Below are positions 13,211 through 24,169 of a stretch of 64,000 bases of DNA, piece by piece. Under the pieces are notes generated by a model. It was not told the DNA's origin. It saw only the letters and a program-made list of their open reading frames with translations, and did no database searches. A program made the translations under genes and the position numbers. This DNA comes from Camelus ferus (Eukaryota). The stretch covers positions 61,692,001 to 61,756,000 of the forward strand of contig NC_045696.1 of assembly GCF_009834535.1 (NCBI RefSeq), given 5' to 3'. Every line of letters begins with the position of its first letter. Within the stretch, counting starts at the first letter, position 1.

Positions 13211-13673
13211 TTCTTTCTTTAAGAAAATTACTTTATTGCGTGTGTTAAAATATTACTGAATTCTTATAGGCAGCTTTCTAAGGGGTTTTGAAATGTTTTA
13301 CCCCTATTTCTCTTACAGTGCTTCACCTCACTTTCCATGTTTGTACCTGTGTATTTATTTGTGTTGATCTGCTCAGCAGCTGTCTGTCCCTTCTGACTGT
13401 CCAGGTGACATTTTGAAAGTTCACTATTTTGCACCTAGTCTCAAAATAGTGTGTCTTGGCAAAGATGTGAAACGATGAAGATGCTCATACACGATTGGTG
13501 AGAGTGTCAGTGGACAGCATCTCTCCTTTTTATCTAATAAAGTTAAAATGTGCATCATGGGCAGTGACTCCACCTCAGATTATCAGCCCCAGAGGAATCT
13601 TAAAAGATATATTTAGCCACTGCATACATCTTAGCAGAGTCATGGCAGAGCGATACCTTTCTTAGCCCTGGGG
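13211..13673 (-). mobile_element. Retroposed polyadenylated non-L1 sequence (orphan transduction or retrocopy)
   Basis: Flanked by a 20-bp near-identical repeat AGCT(C/G)TGAACCTTCTGCTTT (13191-13210, 13674-13693). Minus-strand AATAAA (13232-13237) sits about 11 nt before a decayed A tail (13211-13220). Confidence 0.7.
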
Positions 13674-13693
13674 AGCTGTGAACCTTCTGCTTT

Positions 13694-13961
13694 AATTTTT
13701 TTTTTATTGAAGTATTGTTAATTTACAATGTGTTAGTTTCTGGTGTACAGCAAAGTGATTCAGTTATATATATACACATATTTTCCTTTTCATATTTTTT
13801 CATTTTAGGTTATTACAAGATATTGAATATAATTTCCTGTGCTGTACTGTAGGACCTTCTTGTTTATCTATTTTATATATAGTTAGTACCTACAAATCTC
13901 TAACTCCCAGTTTATCCCTTGCTACCCTCTTCCCCACAGATTCACAGACACAGAAAACAAA
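13694..13961 (-). mobile_element. Lineage-specific L1 3' end with short 5' inversion
   Basis: Poly(T)-ATTGAAGTATTGTTAATTTACAATGTG... is antisense to 13935, then sense ACAGATTCACAGACACAGAAAACAAAC. Outer TSD CTTTAATGAGGCTT at 13168-13181 and 13962-13975. Confidence 0.85.
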
Positions 13962-14401
13962 CTTTAATGAGGCTTCTGATGGTAAAGAGAGTAGGGATTG
14001 ACAGGTAGAAAGAATGAATAGCTTTTACAGTTTTATTTAATGAGTATTAATTTCCTTGCAGGAAAAGAGGATTTCTAGCAATTAAATAATATTCTAATAT
14101 GAAGAAAGATGTATCTGTACACACATAACCTTGTTTAATATAGATCTTCTCTTTGTAGATACCAATTCATGAATAGGCCTAAACTGATAGTACCTATTTC
14201 ATTTATTACGGGTAGAGATTTCCCATTTTACAAACAAACCTTAGTTATAGGAAGAGGTTCAGGTTTTCAGAATGTCTTTAGTATACGTCTGCTGCTACTG
14301 GAGGGGCAGAATTCCCTTGCCATCCGTCAGGTGACACCCACTTGCAGCTGCAGGGCACTCTGCAGGAGTACTCTTCTACGCTAGATTTAAGTACAAACAG
14401 C

Positions 14402-14473
14402 GGGGAGGGAAATAGCTCAGTGGTAGAGCATGAGGTCCTAGGTTCAATCCCAGTACCTCCATTAAAAAAAAAA
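14402..14473 (+). mobile_element. tRNA-derived SINE with internal deletion (antisense, probably within the CEP19 3' UTR)
   Basis: GGGGAGGGAAATAGCTCAGTGGTAGAGCATGAGGTCCTAGGTTCAATCCCAGTACCTCC plus A tail. The anticodon-arm region is missing relative to the other copies. Confidence 0.85.
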
Positions 14474-15115
14474 GCATATAAAGATGATGTATACGGGATA
14501 ATCCCCTGGTAACTATATATGCCCTCTGTTCTTATCAAACTATAATTTGCTTATTTTTCCTCAAATAAAATTTTCTCATTCCTATCTCTTTACCAGTCTC
14601 CCCCACCATCACCACCACCACCTTTTTTTCTCCCAGTTTCTCTAATCTGGAATCCTATATAAGCTTCTATGCAAATATAACGTTTTCAAGGGTCAAAGTA
14701 CTATCTTGCCCTTAAAGGACTTAGATTAAAGACTTAGGAAGATTAAAGTCTTCCCTGCCTATTCTACCCTACAGTAATCTAGGTAGGTTCTGACCTTTTT
14801 TAGTCTTTATCAAACATTTGGATCTAGTATTTTTGCTACCTAATACCACTAATTAGCTCTTCACAAACTTTTTTACCTTCCAATTAGATTGTAAGCTCCT
14901 TCAAGGCAGATTCCTATCTTCTGTTTTTCCTGTATTCCACACGCACCTACATAGTAGATGCTCTACATATCCTGGTTTTGAAAAGTAACATGGTCAACCC
15001 CAACATGACTCAACATAGTGTTCTTTACAGATTTTTCTAGAGCCAAAATATGTTCTTTGTATAAACATGGATTTTCTGCTACCCAATCTTTTTCTCTTTT
15101 TTTTAGTTTTTGGTA

Positions 15116-15477
15116 TCAGAATTCGTCAGCTGACTCTGTGTCCCAGCCACAGGACTGCAGTTGTTCATCCTGTGGGAAATCAACTTCAATGTCATAAACA
15201 AAATTTGGATCATCCTTCTTCTTCTGATTTTTCTCAAAAAGTTCATCCATGATGCTCTTCCTTTTGGCAAGTTCCTTGTCATCTAGTTTGTTCAGGTCTT
15301 CCTCAGGATCAATGGTTGTTTCCCGCTGAATTTGTTCCATTGTTTCTGCCAAACTCTGCCCCAACAAGTAACCTCGTAAAAAACTGAATAACTTCTCTAG
15401 CTGCCTCAGGGATACTTGTTCCAGGTAGCCCTTGTGTCGCGGATTATTCTTTAGTTGTTCAGCAGCTCTGCCACAAT
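15116..15477 (-). CDS. CEP19: CEP19 second (terminal) coding exon
   Basis: Acceptor TTTATTCCTCCCTCCTAG|AT gives [22 protein letters not shown]...[16 protein letters not shown]. 362 nt + 130 nt = 492 nt = 163 aa + stop, the length I recall for CEP19. Confidence 0.96.
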
Positions 15478-16089
15478 CTAGGAGGGAGGAATAAAACTAT
15501 CATACCACACACACCACCACAAACTACTGAGGCACCACAATTACTGAAAGCATTGCCAGCCATTAAAGTCAAGTAGCTATTTGGCTTTTGGGGAATGAAT
15601 TATTTTGCAGAACTATTTCTTTATCTCAAGCTTTGAGTGCAGTGAGGGAAGGAGGGATATATTTTTTATTTCCTTAACTTAAAATTACTTTGAGGAGATG
15701 TTAAATGCTTTTAACTGGAGAAAAGGTATGAGAAGAAATAGTATTACAGCTTTAGATATTAGTATTGGTACTAAGAAAATATCAGGACTATAAATAAAAA
15801 ACACATTTGGAGGGAGAGAAGAGAGTTAATATTATTTGAAAAATGTTATCTCATTTAATTCACACTGCAGTTCTGAAAGGTTGGGTTTATCAATTTACTT
15901 TTACAGATTAGGAAACTCATGCTCACTGAGTAATTTAGCCAAGATCATACACCTACCCTGACTGTCATGACTTGAACCTAGGCCTATTTAACTATGAAGG
16001 CCACGTCACTCCATTACCTGAGACTCTAATCGTTCTTATTAAGTGGCTCAGAGAATATTTAAGGTAGGAGGCAAGATAAAACAAGGTAC

Positions 16090-16219
16090 CTGAAAACTTT
16101 GAAAAGTTTCGGACTGGCATGATGCGCTGGCGATTTTTCCCCTTCATTTCATTCTCATAGATTAAGATAATAGCCGGAGGCTGGAACCTAACTCCACATT
16201 TCTTGGCAGTGCACATCAT
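16090..16219 (-). CDS. CEP19: CEP19 (centrosomal protein 19 kDa), first coding exon
   Basis: ATG at 16219 gives [43 protein letters not shown], recognisable as the CEP19 N-terminus. Ends at donor TCAG|GTACC (130 nt, phase 1). The exon's acceptor is ...CCCCTTTAGCAG at about 16287-16292. Confidence 0.96.
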
Positions 16220-18284
16220 TCTCACATACACTTCAGGGTAAATCAGAGGAAGTCTGATGAAAATGTGTTAGTCACACAATGACTTCCTGCTAAAGGGGAA
16301 AAAAAATTAAGTGTTGGATAAACCACATTCCCTCCTACTCTTCCTCCCCAGCAGATCTGGCTCTAGTCCAGTCTAGAGATGCATGTGCTGTCTGTCAAGC
16401 TCTGTATTTCAAGGGCTACCTTGAAAGTTCAATTTGGCCCTGGGTTATCCTTAGTCTGTAGAATCTCTGGTTCACTGAGGAGTGTAGGTTTGTTCACAAG
16501 TGAGCCTAGAAATGCAGTTCAGTTTGGATCTCTTAGTGTATTGTACTCTTAACTAAAGATTGTATATGAACCCCTGCGTCAGCCTAAGAATCAACTTACA
16601 GAATCTTTTTTATTCACCAATTAAATAAGTGTGTATAAGCTCCCTCTATGTCAAAGTACTAAGAGTTTTTTAACCTTATACATTATGTCCTGAGAGGTTC
16701 ACCAGACATCTCCTTTGTACTTTCCCAATCATTTTACTCATTGAAATTTTTTGTAATTACTTATTTAATTAAAAAACTTACCTTCCCTTCTATTCTTTAT
16801 GCTCCACAAGGTCAGGGAATATATTCATTGTTCACCACAATATGCCCAGCACAGTAACTGCACTGTAGCAGGCATTCCATTGTTTAAGTCAATGTATTAA
16901 TATAAGACACAGTCCCTGTACATCCTCTAAGTATTGACAGTCTAGAATTCTGATCAAAAAGACAGACTCAACACAGAATCAGCCACTATATATACAAGGC
17001 AATAAAGCTTACATGGCTTTTATTCCAATTTATGTCTCATTACATGATGTTTTTCAGTTACAAGAAACAGCCATTTTGCAGGTTAATACTTTTTTACTCC
17101 CCCTTCGTTTCCCTGCTCTCAGTGCCAAAATACATTTAATTATAGGAACTGCTTTAGATGTGACTTATATTCCCGGGAAGATTTGCAAATGTCAAAGCAC
17201 CTAGAGGTAAAGCAGCATAGGGATGATATCTTCATAAACACAGTTCTGTTACAGAATCACTATAAGAACATAGTTATTTAACACATGTTTATTGTAGAAA
17301 ACTGGGGTGGGGTGGGGGAGGGGGAGAAGAAACATAAAATTATCACCCTTGATTCCTTCCAGTCTTTTCTCTAGTATGTTTCATCTTTTTAAACTATAGT
17401 ATGTTTCTTGTATTATACATACTATTTCCTGCCTTTTAAATTTAACAACCTATGTAATTTTGTCATTAAATGTCTTTCTAAAAATGCAAATTTTTATGAC
17501 TGCAAATGTTTTGTCCTGTGGATATACCACAATCTGTATTATCTACCCCTTACTGTTGAATGTGAGAATTTTTACTCTTAGGAAATGAATCATTTATTAA
17601 AAAATGCTTTTTCAAATTATTGTGCTCTGCCTCTGATCTGATGCAATGACCCCACCCCAGCCCTTCTTTGTTCTTTTCCCTCTTTTTTTTTTTTTAAACA
17701 AATATCCTTGCAGTTCACCTCATTAAAATTTGTTAACACAGTTCTTAACTGCATGCTTATACTGCTATTTTCAGTTTCAGGTAGTATCTTCTGACATTTT
17801 TCCTCTTTAGGACATCCGTCCTAGAGCCCTCTGTTCTGCTCTAATTTGCATTTAATACTCTCTAAGTTTGCTTACAGATTCAATTCATAAAGACTGAGGA
17901 CACATTTACCTAGCTCTTCTTCCTACACATTTAAATTTTTCTCCGCAGGGATCAGTGACCAGCGAAATCTTGCCAAGCATCCCCACAGCACCTAAAAGTG
18001 TACGGATTTGATCATCAGGTAGACGATCCTTTCCCTACTTAAGTCAGGACACGGCTGACTAGATGGGGCTGTGGTTTCTTACCCATAGAGAAGTACAGAA
18101 AGAGCATCTTCTGCAGGCCAATGTCTAAAGCTTCCGTGAGGCGGCTGTTTCCAGCAGTGCACAGAGGAACACAACTTGACTTTGAGGCCGGGCAGAGCCT
18201 GGCGCTGCATAAAGAGGCGACAGCTACAGGCCCGCAGACGTGACTGAATGAATTCCCCGGTAGGAGGCCCGCATTGGCAAATAC

Positions 18285-18600
18285 CTGGAAGTGGAGGTGG
18301 ACACTGGGAGTTCAGCCAGCCGTATCCCAGGACAGCTTACGGAGCTCAGGGTCAGGCTGGGGGCCCAGGGACCCGTCCCCAGGGACCCGTCCCCAGAGTA
18401 ACAGCCCCTGCATACGCCACGCGCTTGCGCACTCCTCGCCCCGCCCCCGACCGGGCCGGTGAGGGGCTAGGCGCTGCGGCGAAGGGGTGGGACTGTTTCC
18501 CGCGACGCCGGAACCTTTGGGGGCCGGGACTGTGGGGAGCCGGGAACGGCAGGACCGCAGGCATGCGCACAGCCATTCTTCCGTCCCGGTCGCTAACTCC
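18285..18600 (-). other. CEP19: Probable non-coding exon 1 of CEP19 (boundaries approximate)
   Basis: Lies in the CpG island, divergent from PIGX. Candidate donor CTTCCAG|GTATTT at 18285/18284; other donor-like sites near 18082 and 18341. The TSS cannot be determined from sequence. Confidence 0.45.
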
Positions 18601-18698
18601 GTGACAGTGCTCTCTAAGAGCGGTGTGAGGCGTGTGCAGGTTCCTCCGACCGCATTTTGTCCCCGCGCGCTCTTCTCGGGCGCGCGTTCTCTGGCGTC

Positions 18699-18795
18699 CT
18701 GGCTGCCCGGGCCGTGGCTTGGCTGCTCCTCTGGGGGGCAGCTGGGCTTGCCTGCTTACCAGTTACAGCCTTTGACACCTCCGGGACCCACGCCG
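18699..18795 (+). CDS. PIGX: PIGX exon 1 coding part (CUG start, signal-peptide-like N-terminus)
   Basis: GGCGTC-CTG-G gives (M)AARAVAWLLLWGAAGLACLPVTAFDTSGTHA-G, then donor CCG|GTAAAG (phase 1), in frame with exon 2. Resembles the human PIGX N-terminus (MAARVAAVRAAAWLLLGAA...). Confidence 0.82.
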
Positions 18796-21236
18796 GTAAA
18801 GGGAGGGGCGGGGCTTCGGCGGTGGGGGCGGGGTTTAGAGTCGAGGGGCTGGGGAGCAGGTCCCGGGTCCTCCCCGTCCTGCGTTTTGCGAAGGTACTTC
18901 ACAGTACCTTGGCGCGCGACTCTAAACCTGTAAGGTGAGCTAGAGGAGGTTAAACACAAAGGCCACAAGCCTCCGGCCCCCATTCCCCCAGCCTTCGCAG
19001 CTTTGTGGCCGCTCCTGGTTATCTGGGGAGTCGGGCTTTGTCGTTCTGAGGCGAGACTGGCCGCACTATTACTAAAATATTGCAAAGGAAATACAGCAGT
19101 GAAGCGTTTTGGGATGCTCTTAAGATGCATGAAACTTCGGACTACCAAGGAGCTAACAAAGCCTAAGCACCCTGTGAGAACCCTAATCTAGAATACAGCG
19201 ACTTTGTGGGAGTGGGAAGAGGAAGACGACTGGTTTTATTTACAAACATTTTTGATAATAGACTAGATTCGGCTGTGGTTTCTTTATGACTGTGGGCTGG
19301 GCAAGTGAGTTGATTCATTTCTTTGGGCCAGAGTCCGTGGGCTGGAGTTCTGTGCTAGATGCTGTGGATCCAACCCTCGTTGAGCTTGCAGTGTAGTAGG
19401 ACAGAGGGATACGTCAGTAGTAATTAGAACAAAGTGATAATGTTTGAGAGGGAAAGGAAGGCCAGTACAAACCAGGTGAGTTTCTCCATCTGTAAAACGA
19501 GGATATTAGATTACTATCAGTGCAGTTCTGCTTTTGTGTGTTTACATATTAGCTTCTCAAATTTATTTGAGGAAAGGATTATTAGGCCAAGAAGAATTTT
19601 AAAATAGACTAATTGTTATCTGAAGAGTTCTCCAGCCCTGGCATTTTACGATTAAAAAGGGGCCAATTTCCAGAGCCATTTCAGGCCACAGTAACCAAGT
19701 AAAGTAATATTTAAGAGGAAAAATCTCGGTGAATTCAGATACAACAAATTCGTTTTAAAAATGGTACTTTTGCTTTAAAAACCATAATAATCTAGTATTT
19801 GCTATACTGTTTGTAAATTAGCCTTTCTACCATCTCAAGATGAATGGGATTTACTGTTCTCTGGTGTATATCTCAATAGAATTTAAGCCTATTAATCTGG
19901 CCTTTTTTCTAATTTAATTTATTGGTAGACATAAACCCTTACTCCCTACCTCCATTAGAATTAAACATTGAAGAAACATCTGGATTTATACAAGACATAT
20001 TCTATAAGTTATTTGGGAAAAGATGACATAGGCTTTTCCAAAGCAATTAAGGATTTCTTTAAATAGCTGGGAGAGTGGAAATACCTTAGGCTTTAAAAGT
20101 TAGGCAAATCTTGCTTCTAATAACTTACTTAGTTGTATGACCTAGACAGTAACTGTTTATAAGTCAGAGTTTCCTTCTGTGTACAAATGGCATTAATTGT
20201 GTTTGTCTATTTTGATGGTTGTGAAAGTTAAAATATATGTGAAAGCCCCAAGTAGAGGATCTGTCATATAGATATTATTAACAAATGTTATTTTTTCCAT
20301 ACTTTTTTCCTTCCTTCCCTTGTATTTTTCAGATGTTTCCATCAACACTCATATTTTTTTTTAATCTCCTCCGGATTACGTCTAATGGACTTAACAACAT
20401 AAGGCAGTATATGGTTTTCTGTGTGTTTGTTTTAATATTCTTCCCACACATTTTCAGTCTTTGAAATGAAGTAAAATTCCATTGCAAGGTGCCTGGACAG
20501 AGTTGGTGATCATTAGGAGCTGAATTTTTAACTTTAGAAGGCAAACATCAAGTAATAGTTTTAATGTCTGAATTCTGCATGAAGTCAGTATAGTCAGATT
20601 TCTGGTTATTCTAAGTTTATAAAGGAACCCTTTGAACGTTTGAAAAGCCTCCAGTTCTTGTTTTTTCTTTAAACTCTCCCAGCGTCTCCACAAGGTATAA
20701 ATGTACCATCTTTTCAGTTTTCTATGTGTGGATGGTAGAATATAGAAGTTGCCAGTTTGTATCTGATACTCAGTTTCAGTGAGCTAGGATTAAAACAGAT
20801 TTCCTGGCTCTTTGGCCATTCTGGTTTTCTTTGTGTCCTAGGATCACCTGAATAAAGTAATATAAATAACCATTTATATAGAGTGCTTGCTCTGTGGTAT
20901 GCCCTCTTCTAAGTGCTTCTACATATATTAAATTCTCATGACAACTAGCAGAGAGATAAACTATCTTGCCCAAAGTCACACAGCTGTTAAGTGACAGACT
21001 GGGATTTGAAACTAGCCGATCTAACTCCAAAGTCAGTGTTTTTAACCCTAATGCTCTTCTAGGAGTAGATTTATGTGTAGCTCAAATTGCTTAACTTTTA
21101 AAAGTTTTTGTTTTGTTTTTGGGTTGGTTAGATTTTCCAGGTAAATAAAGCCTTTTCAAACAATTATTTTATAATTATTTAAATATTCTTTCATTGAATA
21201 CTTATTTTATTTAAAAAAATCTTTTGCTTGTTATAG

Positions 21237-21300
21237 GCATAAGGGCCACTTGTTCTGAAATTATTTTGAGGCAAGAAGTTTTGAAAGATGGTTTCCACAG
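21237..21300 (+). CDS. PIGX: PIGX exon 2
   Basis: TTATAG|GC ATA AGG GCC ACT TGT...CAC AG|GTAAGT = G-IRATCSEIILRQEVLKDGFH-R. 64 nt. Confidence 0.95.
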
Positions 21301-24169
21301 GTAAGTTTCCCATTGACTTATGCTTAAATCAGACTACTGTTTAATATAATTTAGAGCAAAAAAATAGAGCAACTGTTGAGCTGAAAAATGGATAAACTGA
21401 AAAAGTCACTTGTTTTCTTAAAGTTATAAGTGACAGATGTGTGGTTCATAGTTTGAAATACTGATTAAAATAACAGTGGAGAAAAGAAGGAGAAAACCAA
21501 CATTTATTATTTATTATGCATATTTACTATGCATATATTTACATAGCTAGGGGCTATATATACAGCATTCCATTTAATCTTCACAATGGTTGTGAGATAG
21601 ATGATACTTTTCTTGTATTTCCGATGAAGGAACTAGTGTTCAGAGAATTTAAATAATTTGGTATAGGGTAGGGTGGTAGAGCTCTGAATCAAATTTAGGA
21701 CTATCATATCCCAAAGCCACACTCTCAAGTACTGAGATATTATACCACCCAAACTCACTATTTCTGATTTACAGGACTTGGTTCCAAAGACCAAGCTGTT
21801 TCCAAAATAGAAATTATCCTCAAAAATGAATATTTGCCAGTATTGAAGGTATTAAAAAGACTGATAAAAAGTTGTGTTAACTGTTCTATAAGAAGTTCCC
21901 AAACTTTAAAGCTTCTCAAGGTGATGACTTTGAAATTATTCTCAGATGTTTGATTTATGAGTTCTAATACATTTATTTTTTAAATCCTTTCATTTTATAA
22001 GTCACCTTAAACTAAAATAACTCACTTTCCTTCCTCTTCAAGGTTAGCCTATGTGTGAATGGCTAGGAGGTATTGTAGAAAGAACTTTGGGTTTTTTTTG
22101 TTTGTTTTTAATTTAGATCAATTTGGGCTCAAAGTGTAGCTCTATTATTTAGTATCTGTGTGGCCTTAGTCAAGTTACTTAAGTCTTTGCTACCCTTACT
22201 GGTACAATTAAACCATGATTGTATTTCTTTATTAGGGTTGTGAGGATTAAATTGGAGAATATAAGGAAAGCTCCTTAATGTAGTGCTTGTCACACAGTAC
22301 ATACCCAGGAAATGTTAGCTATTATTAATAATGAGATAGGTGATCAATCTGCGCAGTGCAGTTTCAAAGAGGAGATGTGACTGTAAAGTAATAAAACTGA
22401 TTTGGGGAGGGAAGGCACTTCTGAAGGGAGTTTTTGACAGAGTTCCAGACACATTTTAAGCAATATCAGGGTAATTATGCCAGTTATGTAGCTTCTCTCT
22501 TTAACGTTAATTGGAATGTATTTTTAAGAGGAATGGGAGATAACTGATTCCAATAAAGAAGAAAGAAGTGCCCAAAGAGGCTTTTGTGACAACAAAAGTG
22601 GCTCAAAACTTGTCCAATTGCAAGTACTGAGGATAAAAAGCAGGACATAAAACCAAAAATGAAGAGTTGCAGAATCCACAAGAATAGCTTCACAAACTAG
22701 AAATGTCAGAGTTACTTGAGACCTTCAGAAAATGCCAACAGTAATTTTTTTTTTCAGGCTTCCTAGTTATATTTGGAGCAGGTGTAGTCTTGCTGAGAGG
22801 GTGGATGAGAAAATACTAGCATATTATAGAATGTAGAATTTGTTAGCTCCTCTTATTTCTATCTTCTTAGTCAAGAATTACTTCCACTCTCGAAAGGGCC
22901 AAGCAGTTGCGGGTAGTAGGAAACTGTGAAGTGCAGGAAAGGTAAGGGAATTGTACTAAAGGGCCTTAGTACTGTAAATGAGTTTAGAGTCTCCCCTCTC
23001 TGATGAACTATATCTCACTGCAGTAGGAGAACTTGCTTAAACGATTGCTGAACTTTTGTTGGTAATCTTTGGATAATCTGGAAGCTAGTTAGTTGATGTC
23101 GATTTTGGGCAAAATTCTGGACCGATTATTAAAAGGGTGCTTGTGAACACAGAAAAGGAATTGTTGGCCTCTAGGAATTAGCATGAATTTATTACAAGCT
23201 TATTTCTTTTATAGAGCTACTAGATAAATGAAGCAGAGAAATGCTATAGCTTTAGTATATCGGATTTTCTGCAAGACTTTTGATAAAATTTTATGTCATG
23301 TTTGTGAACAAGATGAATAATGTGAACTGGAGGGTAATACAGGTGAATAACTTCAGAAAGATGAACAAATACATCCAACATGTTCTGATTAATTGATTGT
23401 CATCTCCAAGAGATGTCCTGTCTTTTTAGAAGGGTCTCTGTCTCTGTCTGTGTTTTTTCTGATGATAAAATATTGCATGTTCATAAATACTTAGATAGTA
23501 CCCAGAAGAAAAAAGATGATTGATATATTCCACTTTTGTAGAGGCAGAATGAAATGGTAGCTAAGAATTTGGGTTTTAGAGTAAAACTACAGAGTTTGAA
23601 TCTTGGCTCTTGGATGATTTATTTAGTCTCTTTGTGCTTTCCTTTCCTTTCTTTTTTCTTTTTTGAAAAAGGGAAAATATTTTTGTTTACTCATATGTGT
23701 ATAGAGAACTTTTGGATTTAATTGATTTCCTTATTGTGTGATTAGCTTTTACATTACTAGAAATGATATTTGGGGGCAAAAATAGACTAGAACAATGCTA
23801 CAGATATATTCAAAATTCTTTCAATGAATGCAAATTATTAGGAAAATGAAATGCTATATGTAAAATTACATCAGACTACTTTAAAGAATAAAAGCTAATA
23901 TATATAGATAGATAGCTGCTCTTGATATTTAATTCTTGAAATTTCTGCTGTGTTCCTGGAGCAATGAGTTCATATAAATTTATTGATTATCTGTAAACAA
24001 AAAACTATCATACGTTTATGTAAAGGCTGAAAGTGTTTCCCCATACTTTTTGAGTTGGAGGTGACAATTTTTCTATGAAGAGGGTGACATGGATATTTTA
24101 ACCCCAGTGCTTTGTTTTCTTACAGGTAAAAATAGGAAGTATAATAGTACTATTTCATAGTGTTTTTTT

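Larger units (their letters stand above)
18180..19100. promoter_or_regulatory. CpG island / bidirectional CEP19-PIGX promoter
   Basis: CpG-dense, GC-rich island in AT-rich background between divergent genes. NRF1-like GCGCTTGCGC (18421-18430) and GCATGCGCA (18561-18569), ETS-like CCGGAA and CTTCCG, YY1-like GCCATTCTT (18572-18580), and GC boxes. Confidence 0.85.

Noticed and set aside
15992..16231. CEP19 start at 16231 (MYVR extension)
   Set aside because: That codon is GTG; the first in-frame ATG is at 16219. The tail past 16090 is intron.
18248..19191. Multiple ORFs across the CEP19/PIGX CpG island
   Set aside because: GC-driven open frames. Only the 18699-18795 part of ORF 18657-18938 splices into PIGX. 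The TTG at 18657 is not favoured because the CTG at 18699 matches the known start context.
20333..20694. Strong polypyrimidine tract and AG at 20331-20332 as a PIGX cassette exon
   Set aside because: No convincing paired donor or open frame; cannot be supported without RNA data.
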